A stretch of 64,000 nt of DNA from a bacterium (GTDB lineage Bacteria; Patescibacteriota; Microgenomatia; UBA10105; UBA927): NCBI GenBank assembly GCA_021817785.1, contig JAKAFY010000007.1, forward strand, positions 127-64,126, written 5' to 3'. Below the pieces are notes generated by a model. The model saw nothing but the letters and a program-made list of their open reading frames with translations, was not told where the DNA came from and searched no databases. The translations under genes and the position numbers were made by a program. This document shows, piece after piece, positions 20,478 through 29,578 of the stretch (its first letter is position 1; each line of letters opens with the position of its first letter).

Positions 20478-22658
20478 TTATGGACAGCCCGGGGGGAGTG
20501 ACATTGGTACATTCTGATTTTCCCCCTGGTACCCAAAGTGTAAATGAGTTCCATATCCAAGACCACAGTTGTTTTTGATGCATCCATATGTATAGCCTGT
20601 CGTGTCAACCCATCCGATGACGTCGCCCGCTTTTATAACAATTGGTTGCCCCTTGGCAGCCACCACCTCGCTGGACACATCAAGCAAATGGGCATAGTTG
20701 GTACAAAACGTTTTTCCGCTCGTTGGGTTGGTGCCGATGAGTACAACATTGTTTCCATAACTTGCATATTTATATTGATTCGGCCCGTAGAAATTATCAT
20801 ATGAAACAACATACCCATCTTGAGCAGCCAAGACGGGGGTTTTTTGATCTGCCCCAAAGTCATACGCATTTAAGTTACGGTGCGACCCATTGGGATCGAA
20901 CGGGCGCTGGGTTATAGGCGCATGCACCGGGCACACACTTATTGTAGCAGGGGGCGGGGGAGGACCGTTCCATTCGCAGCTAAACGTAGTGGCGGCTATG
21001 TTTTCATTGATGACGTTAAATTCATTTACTGCCTTATCGTAAAGAGAGGTAAGCAGCGTTCCTACTTTTGAAGCATACCCCATTTGGGGCATATTAAACG
21101 ACGATGGAAAGATAAAAAGAATGGTAATCGTGGCGACAACGACGATCGCGATAAAAAGCGGCAAATCTTCAAATATTGACGTTGGTGCCAAAGACGAACG
21201 GCGCGACCGCTGCAGCTCGTTTGAAATGCGCGGACTCGTGAATATAAATGACGTTGCCCCATCAACCGCGCCTGAAAGCGCATCGCCCAAACGGTCACCG
21301 AAAAATCCGAGCGACGGGAAAGGGAGCCAAGGAATTCTAAAAGGCGCACCGCCCTTATTATATTGATCTATCCGCCGCCGGGCGAATATTTCCCATGGGG
21401 ACATATTAGCAGGAAGAAAGCCGTACCCTTTTGGGGCATTGGCGCTCGCACGCGCCAGCTCGAAATAGTCAAGTAATCGGTCTTTTGACGCGTCGAACAA
21501 CGAAGGATCCAACGGGCCGCGAAAAACGGTGGAAAAAACATCGCCAAAAACAGACCCCGCTCCCGCAGTCTGAGGTTTCTCGCTGAGAGACTTTGAAAGA
21601 CCCTGAGATATTTGGGTGAACAATGCAGAATGAACGAACGTCTCTCCGAGCCGGTCCGTCAGCTGTTGCGTGTTTGTCAAAAGCGTCCGCAGTGTACCGT
21701 TTACCTTTTCTTTGTACACCATCTCCCGTAATGGTTCGCCGACCAGCGACAATATGCCATCTGCCGCCTGCTGTAATCCTTTTGTGACCCCCTTGGCGTT
21801 GCCGGGGGAGAGGAACCCATTTGTCGAGTGGCCCGCCGCCCGCGGCTGTTCCAGCGACTCGGCAACCTGTGCAAGTTTTACGCCGCGGACAAGCGCTTCA
21901 GAGCGCTGATTTTCAGGAGCGTTGAGCACAATGTCTGCCAACACGTCAGGCCGCCCAAGATCGAGATGCTCATAAATAGACTCTGCTATGTCACGCTCTG
22001 TTTTAGTTGCCGCTGCAGCCGCCGAAAAATACTCGTCATGCCCCGCGATGGATTCCCGAATGATGGTTTTTAGTCGTACCCGCTGATCAGGCAAAAGCGA
22101 ATCTCCGCTTAGTTCTTCACTGGACGCCGCCATCATTTCTGCAAATCGTTCTTTGGTTTGTGCTGGTGTCCCTTCTTTCGCCGCTTGCATTAATGACTGG
22201 TCGACGACAGACGACACCTGTTTCTCGGAAACCGTCGGCGTGAACGCGCTGTATTTGGATACCAGATCGTGTATAAATGCGCGCCGCTTGTCTGTGTACG
22301 GCGCAAGCTTTGTCCGCGCATACTCCCGGGAACGTGAAAGCGCTGTGGTGCGCAGAAACGCGGTGTCTTTGATTTCTTTTTCTTTCAGCAGGGAGTCCGG
22401 CTCGCTCGCCTGAAAGCTCGGAAGATCACGCAATTTCATACGGGTTTCCGAAAATATATGCTTCAGCGCCCCGACAAGCTCTTCGTCGCCTTGTAGCGCC
22501 GCCTCAGATAATCGACCGCTTTGCGAAGAAAGCGACTCCCGAAGATATGCATACTGCTGACTTGCGGAAATTGCCTCCTGCGGCGTGATGGCGCCGCGCT
22601 CGATATCGGAAAGCAGATTGTCAGTAAATTCCAAAAGTGTCTGAGGAGAATTTGCCAT
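20478..22658 (-). CDS. Bitopic 726-aa protein. It has an N-terminal ~500-aa alpha-helical cytoplasmic domain, a central TM helix, and a C-terminal M23 (LytM-type) metallopeptidase domain.
   Basis: TM 'LPLFIAIVVVATITILFIF'. M23 motifs 'HRNLNAYDFGA' (HxxxD) and 'GTHLHFGYQ' (HxH) near the C-terminus. Immediately downstream of virB4. Confidence 0.6.
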   Translation of the reverse strand: MANSPQTLLEFTDNLLSDIERGAITPQEAISASQQYAYLRESLSSQSGRLSEAALQGDEELVGALKHIFSETRMKLRDLPSFQASEPDSLLKEKEIKDTAFLRTTALSRSREYARTKLAPYTDKRRAFIHDLVSKYSAFTPTVSEKQVSSVVDQSLMQAAKEGTPAQTKERFAEMMAASSEELSGDSLLPDQRVRLKTIIRESIAGHDEYFSAAAAATKTERDIAESIYEHLDLGRPDVLADIVLNAPENQRSEALVRGVKLAQVAESLEQPRAAGHSTNGFLSPGNAKGVTKGLQQAADGILSLVGEPLREMVYKEKVNGTLRTLLTNTQQLTDRLGETFVHSALFTQISQGLSKSLSEKPQTAGAGSVFGDVFSTVFRGPLDPSLFDASKDRLLDYFELARASANAPKGYGFLPANMSPWEIFARRRIDQYNKGGAPFRIPWLPFPSLGFFGDRLGDALSGAVDGATSFIFTSPRISNELQRSRRSSLAPTSIFEDLPLFIAIVVVATITILFIFPSSFNMPQMGYASKVGTLLTSLYDKAVNEFNVINENIAATTFSCEWNGPPPPPATISVCPVHAPITQRPFDPNGSHRNLNAYDFGADQKTPVLAAQDGYVVSYDNFYGPNQYKYASYGNNVVLIGTNPTSGKTFCTNYAHLLDVSSEVVAAKGQPIVIKAGDVIGWVDTTGYTYGCIKNNCGLGYGTHLHFGYQGENQNVPMSLPPGCP

Positions 22659-22663
22659 ACGCG

Positions 22664-24625
22664 TTATGTACTACTTTTTGTATTACCAACTGCTTCTACC
22701 GTAAACATCGGACGATTTGATCTTGGGAGGGTGGGTGGAGCCGTCAGCTCGGGAGCCGAAGACAGAGATGGCGGCTTTTTTGACGGCAGTTCCTGCATTG
22801 TCGGCACGGAAGACTGTTGTACGGCGGGGGTAGTCGGTTTCACCGTTTCCTGTGGACGCGTCGTGGCAAGCGCATGTTCTTCAGGGCTTGATACAACGCG
22901 CATTGCCGCGTGTGCGGGGCCTGCAAAAAACAACCCCTCTCCGATATCGGCCGCAAGCAGCAAATGTTTTTCCCCTTCAGATAAATAAAATACGTCGGCG
23001 ATTTTATCTATAGCCGCCGAAGATTGCTTAAGGAGAATCTGCATACTGCTGTTTTGGATAATCGCCTTTCCCATCTCCGTAGCCATAAAATCTTCCACGT
23101 CCTGGGTAATGGTGGTAAGTCCGAGATAATATTTTCTGGCCCGCTTGGCAATGCTATAGAGAAATTGCGCGGAATCCGGATATTTCATGAGATACCACGC
23201 CTCATCGACAATGAGGAGTCTTTTGCGCTTGTCATTTCTGATTTTGTTCCAGATAAAGTCCAGGATAAGATACATGGCAATGGGTCGGAGTTCATCTTCC
23301 AGATCCCGGATGGAAAAAACGGTCAGTTGATTTCGGATAGCTACGTTGGTTTGTTGGTCAAATATGCCGACTAAACTGCCCCGGACAAACTTTTCTATGC
23401 GGTCCGCCAACCCCTTGGCGAGGGGTTCTTCCATGCCGACAAGCGTTTTATACAGATCTTCCATAAGGGGAGGTTCTTTTGCGTGTGTAGTAGGATCCGG
23501 GGTGATGCCTTTCTGTTTGTATGTGAGGATAAGCGCGCGATCCAGTAATGCGTCCTCCGTCGGGGTAAGTTTGCCCATGACGACGCGGAAAAACCCATGG
23601 AGCGATAATATTTTTTGGCTGAGCTCGCTTTCTTCTCCGGCGGCATTACCAAGAAGGGCTAAGTCAAAGGGGTTTAGTTTCGTAACGGATCCGAAGCGAA
23701 ACCGGATATATTCGCCTCCCAGTGCATGAGTGACAGATTCATATTCATTCTCAGGGTCGATGATAATAACTTCCGTATCGAACATGAGAGAACGCATAAC
23801 CTCGAGTTTTACCATGTAGCTTTTACCGCCACCGGATTTTCCGAACACAACGGAGTTGGCATTTTCCAGCGTAAAACGGTCAAAGATAATTAAGCTGTCA
23901 TTGTGTTCATTCATGCCATATAAGATGCCCTCGTTTGCCGTAAGTTCGCTGGTGGTGAATGGGAAGGTGGTCGCAAGCGACGTGGTATCCATGTTTCTGG
24001 TGACGAGCAGCCGGTCTCTTCCCATGGGAAGCGTGGTTTTTAGCCCTTCCTCCATTTGTAAAATGGCTTTTTTGGTGACGATAAGCAGAGAGCCGAGTGT
24101 CGCCTCCACTTGCTTTGTCGCTTTGTCCAGGTCCTCTTTTGTTTTTGCGGGGATCGTAACATAGAGGCCAAACTGGAAAAATCGTTCCGACCCTTTTGCT
24201 AATTCCTGCTGCAGGGCAAGGGCGTCTTCTAGTGCCACCTGGATAGACGGCTCGATAACGCGGCCGCGTTTCAGGTCAGATTGTATGGTGGCCTCCATTT
24301 CCCCGACCTTGCGTTTCAGGTTTTCCAGTATTTCTTCGCTCCGCGTAGGGTAGATGTACATGGAAATATCCAACGTATGGTTAAACGACACAAGGGGTTC
24401 TAGCCAGTTGGCGGAGACGAATCTTGGATACCCCGCGACAAACAACGTCCGGTAATACCAGTCACCGACCTTTAGTAAATCAAAGTCCACTTCGATAGCA
24501 GGAGGCGCAATGATGTCCGTGACGACTAGCGGGCCGTCAATCGGCTTGGTCCGTGGGGACGGCCCCTCTGGCATGGGATTGATAAATTTTTTGAAAAGCG
24601 CCGCAATATCCGTATTATTTGCCAT
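22664..24625 (-). CDS. virB4: VirB4/TrbE/CagE-family type IV secretion ATPase.
   Basis: Walker A 'FGKSGGGKSYMVK'. Walker B 'RKRLLIVDEAWYLM'. ~650 aa with a VirB4-like C-terminal ATPase region. Confidence 0.85.
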   Translation of the reverse strand: MANNTDIAALFKKFINPMPEGPSPRTKPIDGPLVVTDIIAPPAIEVDFDLLKVGDWYYRTLFVAGYPRFVSANWLEPLVSFNHTLDISMYIYPTRSEEILENLKRKVGEMEATIQSDLKRGRVIEPSIQVALEDALALQQELAKGSERFFQFGLYVTIPAKTKEDLDKATKQVEATLGSLLIVTKKAILQMEEGLKTTLPMGRDRLLVTRNMDTTSLATTFPFTTSELTANEGILYGMNEHNDSLIIFDRFTLENANSVVFGKSGGGKSYMVKLEVMRSLMFDTEVIIIDPENEYESVTHALGGEYIRFRFGSVTKLNPFDLALLGNAAGEESELSQKILSLHGFFRVVMGKLTPTEDALLDRALILTYKQKGITPDPTTHAKEPPLMEDLYKTLVGMEEPLAKGLADRIEKFVRGSLVGIFDQQTNVAIRNQLTVFSIRDLEDELRPIAMYLILDFIWNKIRNDKRKRLLIVDEAWYLMKYPDSAQFLYSIAKRARKYYLGLTTITQDVEDFMATEMGKAIIQNSSMQILLKQSSAAIDKIADVFYLSEGEKHLLLAADIGEGLFFAGPAHAAMRVVSSPEEHALATTRPQETVKPTTPAVQQSSVPTMQELPSKKPPSLSSAPELTAPPTLPRSNRPMFTVEAVGNTKSST

Positions 24626-25325
24626 GAGATTCCTTTCCGAATTCCAGAGCGCTCATGTCCGGAGCGGTTGCCCCCGGGTTATATAAACTGAACAGAAATT
24701 TCACGAGCTGTTCTGTCGTAAGTTGCGTAGCATGGAGGCCCACGCGCGCCAGCAAACGGACGATATGATCCCGTTTTGGGAGCAGGCCCATCTGCGCGCG
24801 CTCGTAGATATATGATTTTTCATACGGAAGGCCCGTTTTTTTGGTCCCCAACAGCATGGAGGGGGAGGCGCCCAGTTCAAGGTTGGAGAAGGGAATGACG
24901 ATGTAAAACTTTTTGTCTAACACGTCCTTTTCCTTCACCATGGATGCCACAAACGCTCGGTATCCGTGGATGCTTTTGGTAAGCTGCGGATTTTTTTGCC
25001 GCGCCTCCTGATCTTCGAGAAGTTTTAAATATGCGGAGATATCTTTATGCTTGGTCTGGATGATGATTTGTATGGGAAACGATAGAGAATTAAGCAGCCC
25101 TGCATACGAGTAAATGATGGCGTCCTGTTCTTTTTCGGAAAGCAGGCCGAAATTAACGGCCGTTGTAGCAATGACGAGGGAAACGGATCCGTCCGCAAAC
25201 AATATCATGTCGTGGTCGATATCGGAAATTTCAGTAAACGATTGTGTAGACGCTCTGATGGGCACGATAGGTTGTGTCATAGGCTGTGTGTTACATGGTA
25301 TTTTTCCCGAAAATTTCCTGCGCAA
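24615..25325 (-). CDS. Hypothetical soluble protein in the T4SS-like operon, between the Pro-rich membrane protein and virB4.
   Basis: Its stop overlaps the virB4 start. No TM segments and no recognisable motif. Confidence 0.3.
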   Translation of the reverse strand: MRRKFSGKIPCNTQPMTQPIVPIRASTQSFTEISDIDHDMILFADGSVSLVIATTAVNFGLLSEKEQDAIIYSYAGLLNSLSFPIQIIIQTKHKDISAYLKLLEDQEARQKNPQLTKSIHGYRAFVASMVKEKDVLDKKFYIVIPFSNLELGASPSMLLGTKKTGLPYEKSYIYERAQMGLLPKRDHIVRLLARVGLHATQLTTEQLVKFLFSLYNPGATAPDMSALEFGKESHGK

Positions 25326-26682
25326 GCTTTTCCCGGGTGAGCTGTTTTTGACTCTTCGCGATAATTTCCAGGGCGGGGACGACCGCGCCGTTTAATGTGA
25401 TTTGTACCCGGGAAAAGGTGAATCTGCCCCGCGGGTCCTCAATTTCGACAAAATATGTGCCTGACCCCAGCGGGGTGGATGCGGCAAATTGCCCCAACTT
25501 GTTTGTTTTAAGTGCACGCATGGGTATGCCCTCTGCATTGGTGACCGTGACCAGGATGCCGGGGAGCTGATTGCCTGCATCGTCTTTTGCAAGGCCGGTA
25601 ATGACGTTGGCCACGTTCGTCAATCGCGGAAGCCCGACTTTGGTCGCCGCATCTTGGGTGTTTATCACTCGAACGGTAGATTTTTCCTGTTTCTCCTGCG
25701 GGGGAGCCGTTCCGGTTTTTGGTGCCGACCCATCTTCTGGCACGGCCGTTGCCGCACTACCCGGTTGCCCGCGGGAAAGCAGCTGCCGTTTAAGGTTGAC
25801 CAACTCATCCTCCATGGCGGAACGCTGTTGCAATACGTCAGTCAGCTGCTGCTGCAGTTCAAGTACCCGGTCAGCAGTTACATTTTTTGTCGAAAGTTGT
25901 TCTTGCAGTGTCTTAAGCGATGATTCGAGGTCTGCCATCTTCTGTTGTGTGGCGGCAGCATCGGAAATTTGTTGTTGCTGCGGCTTTGGCATTGTGGGAA
26001 CGGATGGCGTCGGTTTTATACCGGTAACACTTGGGATTGGTGCTTGAGGAATCATGCGCGCCGCTGTCTGTTGATGGACTGGTGCCGGGCGCTGTGATGG
26101 CCCCCAAAGCTCCGCAAGCCATGCCCACGGAGATGACGAAGAGCGCGTGGTAGACGTGAGTGCCTGCGCTTTTTGTGGTGAAGATGCTGGCGTCTGAAAA
26201 ATTCCGGAAAGCACTGTTTTTGTAGCGTCAGACTTAGTCGCTGCCACCCCCGGAACAGCCGGTCTCGGAATGGGGGTAGGCTGGTGCTGGGGTGGAGCGG
26301 GAGTCGCCTGTGGGCGCGCTGCGACAGGCTCCGCTTTTGGCACTTCTTTTATCCAAATATATTGGGTCGGGTTATAGATGCTTTTGAAAAACGAAAATAC
26401 CCATACGTCCATTGGACGCTCTTCGACGGGAATAAACGCAAACCCAACTCCCAGGAACGCAAATGCAAACGCAAGCGGCCACGTGAGGATAAACGGCAAA
26501 GGCAGGCGGTAGGCCAAAAAGGCCAGGATCGCTCCGGCGCACAAGTACCCGAATTGTTTAAGGGTCATGTCGCCGATTAAGCGGAATTGAAACGTGGTGA
26601 CGTTTTGTGGCACGGGGTGCTGTTCCATACTATATATGATTGTAAAGGGAAAAAAATACATGTTCAATAGCACAAAGCGCAT
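25291..26682 (-). CDS. Bitopic/polytopic membrane protein. It has 2-3 N-terminal TM helices, a Pro/Gln-rich linker, a coiled coil and a C-terminal globular domain. Its architecture resembles VirB10/TcpC.
   Basis: N-terminal helices (LCAGAILAFLAYRL; LAFAFAFLGVGFAFI). 'PQATPAPPQHQPTPIPRPAVPG...' proline-rich tract. A coiled-coil segment (LESSLKTLQEQLSTK...). It is the first gene of the minus-strand operon. Confidence 0.3.
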   Translation of the reverse strand: MRFVLLNMYFFPFTIIYSMEQHPVPQNVTTFQFRLIGDMTLKQFGYLCAGAILAFLAYRLPLPFILTWPLAFAFAFLGVGFAFIPVEERPMDVWVFSFFKSIYNPTQYIWIKEVPKAEPVAARPQATPAPPQHQPTPIPRPAVPGVAATKSDATKTVLSGIFQTPASSPQKAQALTSTTRSSSSPWAWLAELWGPSQRPAPVHQQTAARMIPQAPIPSVTGIKPTPSVPTMPKPQQQQISDAAATQQKMADLESSLKTLQEQLSTKNVTADRVLELQQQLTDVLQQRSAMEDELVNLKRQLLSRGQPGSAATAVPEDGSAPKTGTAPPQEKQEKSTVRVINTQDAATKVGLPRLTNVANVITGLAKDDAGNQLPGILVTVTNAEGIPMRALKTNKLGQFAASTPLGSGTYFVEIEDPRGRFTFSRVQITLNGAVVPALEIIAKSQKQLTREKLAQEIFGKNTM

Positions 26683-26688
26683 CAGGAC

Positions 26689-26718
26689 CGTGAAAACTCT
26701 ACTTTTATAGTTTTCACG
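26689..26718. promoter_or_regulatory. Perfect 10-bp inverted repeat (CGTGAAAACT-N10-AGTTTTCACG) in the divergent intergenic region between the two T4SS-like operons. Putative operator.
   Basis: Read directly from the sequence: 26689-26698 is the reverse complement of 26709-26718. It lies between the divergently transcribed 25291..26682(-) and 26772..28949(+). Confidence 0.3.
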
Positions 26719-26771
26719 AAACCCCGGAAGCTCTCAGGGTTGCCCACAGAAATTGTGATAAGATAGAAGCC

Positions 26772-28949
26772 ATGAATGCATCTCCGCTGGAGTGCCTGGA
26801 GGTTGTCGGGAATAGATTAAGTGAGGAAACGCCGCTTGCGATGGAACAGGTGTTTGCCGCATTTGCCAATGTACGACGGGAGGCACTGTGGCGCAGGATT
26901 TTTTGGCCGGGGAGGGTACAATACGCAAGTTTCGAAATAGCGGTGATGAACGGGCAGATCCATTTTTTTATCGTTATCCCGGCTCATCTCCGGAATTTTA
27001 TCGAAGGGCAGCTGACGGCGCAATATCCTCGAGTGGTTATTACGCCGATTGTTGATTATCTTCCGTCATTTTTTAGTCGGCCACATGCGATAGCAAGACT
27101 TCGGATGTGGAGCAGTTTTTATTACCCGCTTAAAACCTACGAGGACGTTAAAGACGTTGACTTATTGTCGGCGGTGTTGGGGCAGCTGGCAAAGTTGCCA
27201 GCTAATCAGGCCGTATCCATACAATTTCGGGTAACTCCGGCCGGGCGAGGGTGGCAGGCGCAGGCTGCGCACGTCATCGCACAGGGCGTTCCTGACCCGA
27301 ATTCTCAGTACGGCCGTACGCGTCAGCACCCCGATAGCAGAATTATCGAAACAAAACTAAGCGCCAGCGGATTACGGACAGGTATTCGCATAGTGGCAGC
27401 CGCATCAAGTGAATCTGAGGCATTTGACGTGCTAACGCGCGTTTCAGGATCATTCGGTGTGTATACGTTGGGAGGGGGGAATAGTTTGTTTCAGCCGCGC
27501 ACGTTTGTGTGGCAGAGAGATAGGCTTACCCGATCCATACTTAAACGTGGTATTTATCTTACGCCCCGAACGCACGTACTAAACACCAAAGAGCTTGCAT
27601 CATTGTGGCATCCTCCCGGCATGTCTCTTGCAACCGTAAAAAACATCCAGTGGGGGCGGGGCCTTTTGGGAGAGCCGCCGCAAAACCTGCCGGTGGCTAC
27701 CGACAATGAGGAGGAGCGGAAAACGATCAACTTTTTCGCAAAATGCGAATGGCGCAACCAACAGGTGACATTTGGGATCAAGCAGGCAGACAGGAGGAAG
27801 CACCTTTATATTATCGGAAAAACCGGCACCGGAAAATCCACGACGATTGCCAACATGGCTATAAATGATATGAAAAACGGCTCAGGCATGGCCATAATCG
27901 ATCCGCACGGGGATTTGTCAGAAATACTGCTGCAGTACATTCCCTCCAACCGCATTAATGATGTGGCCTATCTGGATCCGTCGGACAGTGAACATCCGTT
28001 TCACTTAAATCCCCTGGAAGTGAAAAACCCGACCTATCGAGAATTAGTGGCAAGCGGCATCGTATCGATATTTTACAAGCTGTATCACATGAGTTGGGGA
28101 CCCAGGTTGGAATATATATTGCGAAACACAATTCTCACGCTCACCCTGGTGCCGCAATCCACGTTCCTGGATATCCCGGAGCTGCTTACCAACGAACTGT
28201 TCCGACAGAAAATTGTGGATCGGTTGGAAGACCGGGTGCTCAAAAATTTTTGGGTGAACGAATTTAATAAATTTACCCCCCGGCTTCATAGTGAGTCAAC
28301 ATCCCCGATACTCAACAAAGTCGGACAATTTTTATCGTCACAGACCATCCGAAATATCGTGGGACATCCCACGTCAACGATCGATTTGGAAACCATGATG
28401 AACGAAGGTAAAATCGTTATCATGAACCTGTCCCAGGGAAAGCTGGGGGAGGATAATAGCGCATTGTTAGGCGCCATGATGATTACCAAGATGCAGTTGG
28501 CCGCGATGAACCGCGTATATCTTGCCGAAGATGAGCGGCGGGATTTTTATCTGTACGTCGACGAATTCCAAAACTTTGCGACGCAGTCATTTATCAAAAT
28601 TCTGTCGGAAGCGCGAAAATACCGCCTCAACCTCATTTTAGCCAACCAGTATATCGGCCAGATTGACGAGGACGTACAAAAGGCAATTTTCGGCAACGCC
28701 GGCTCGCTTGTGTCGTTTGGTGTCGGTGCGGCAGACGCGCGGCTTTTGACGCATGAGTTCGGCAGCAAATATGAGGAGCAGGAATTAGTGGGACTTGGCA
28801 ACTACCAGATCATATTGAAACTTGCGATCGATAATCAGACGTCTCTTCCGTTTTCCGCCATGACGCTTCCGTTGCCCAGGTCCCGTAACGAACACCGGGA
28901 CACCGTTATCCGCGTTTCTCGCGAACGGTATACAAAAAAGGTACAATAA
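26772..28949 (+). CDS. virD4: VirD4/TraG/TraD-like coupling ATPase (FtsK/HerA superfamily) lacking an obvious N-terminal TM domain.
   Basis: Walker A 'IIGKTGTGKSTT'. Walker B 'FYLYVDEFQNF'. ~725 aa. Divergent from the virB4 operon. Confidence 0.65.
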   Translation: MNASPLECLEVVGNRLSEETPLAMEQVFAAFANVRREALWRRIFWPGRVQYASFEIAVMNGQIHFFIVIPAHLRNFIEGQLTAQYPRVVITPIVDYLPSFFSRPHAIARLRMWSSFYYPLKTYEDVKDVDLLSAVLGQLAKLPANQAVSIQFRVTPAGRGWQAQAAHVIAQGVPDPNSQYGRTRQHPDSRIIETKLSASGLRTGIRIVAAASSESEAFDVLTRVSGSFGVYTLGGGNSLFQPRTFVWQRDRLTRSILKRGIYLTPRTHVLNTKELASLWHPPGMSLATVKNIQWGRGLLGEPPQNLPVATDNEEERKTINFFAKCEWRNQQVTFGIKQADRRKHLYIIGKTGTGKSTTIANMAINDMKNGSGMAIIDPHGDLSEILLQYIPSNRINDVAYLDPSDSEHPFHLNPLEVKNPTYRELVASGIVSIFYKLYHMSWGPRLEYILRNTILTLTLVPQSTFLDIPELLTNELFRQKIVDRLEDRVLKNFWVNEFNKFTPRLHSESTSPILNKVGQFLSSQTIRNIVGHPTSTIDLETMMNEGKIVIMNLSQGKLGEDNSALLGAMMITKMQLAAMNRVYLAEDERRDFYLYVDEFQNFATQSFIKILSEARKYRLNLILANQYIGQIDEDVQKAIFGNAGSLVSFGVGAADARLLTHEFGSKYEEQELVGLGNYQIILKLAIDNQTSLPFSAMTLPLPRSRNEHRDTVIRVSRERYTKKVQ

Positions 28950-29509
28950 TGCCCATGAACGTCGGCTTGCTTGGCGGAGCGTTTAACCCGCCACATAACG
29001 GGCACTTACTTATTGCGCAACAGGTTCTGGATTTTGCCGGCATGGATGAGGTGTGGTTTTTGCCCAATTATGGTCAAATTCCCCCCAAGCCGGTAGCGCC
29101 GGTAGCTGACCGTCTCGCCATGGTGAATCTCTTGCAATTGCCGCGGACACGGATTTCTACGATTGAAATAGACCAAAAGCTTGATGGTGATACGATCAAT
29201 CTGCTTCCGTTCCTTCCGAAAGAACATCAATTTCATTTCATTATCGGTTCCGATCAGCTTCCCACGTTTCATCTGTGGGGAGAATGGAAAAAATTGCTGC
29301 AACAGATGCCCTTTTTGATTTTCCCCCGGTACGGGTTTCCTAACGAGCCCCTGTACGGAAATATGCGCGTTGTCACAAGCGATATATTGGTGGGAAGTAA
29401 TCTGTCCTCAACAAAGATACGGAAAAGAGTCCAAAAAGGACTGCCGATAGATCACTTTGTTCCCCGGAAAATCGCTTCCTATATCAGCAGCCACGCTCTT
29501 TATCGGTAA
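28949..29509 (+). CDS. nadD: Nicotinate-nucleotide adenylyltransferase.
   Basis: 'GGAFNPPHNGHL' matches the (H/T)xGH nucleotidyltransferase motif. ~186 aa. Confidence 0.8.
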   Translation: MPMNVGLLGGAFNPPHNGHLLIAQQVLDFAGMDEVWFLPNYGQIPPKPVAPVADRLAMVNLLQLPRTRISTIEIDQKLDGDTINLLPFLPKEHQFHFIIGSDQLPTFHLWGEWKKLLQQMPFLIFPRYGFPNEPLYGNMRVVTSDILVGSNLSSTKIRKRVQKGLPIDHFVPRKIASYISSHALYR

Positions 29510-29578
29510 CTCCCTTGTTGTTGTCTTTCGGACACGATAGAATAATACCAGACGCGCAACAAAGCGCGTCCGTATGCT

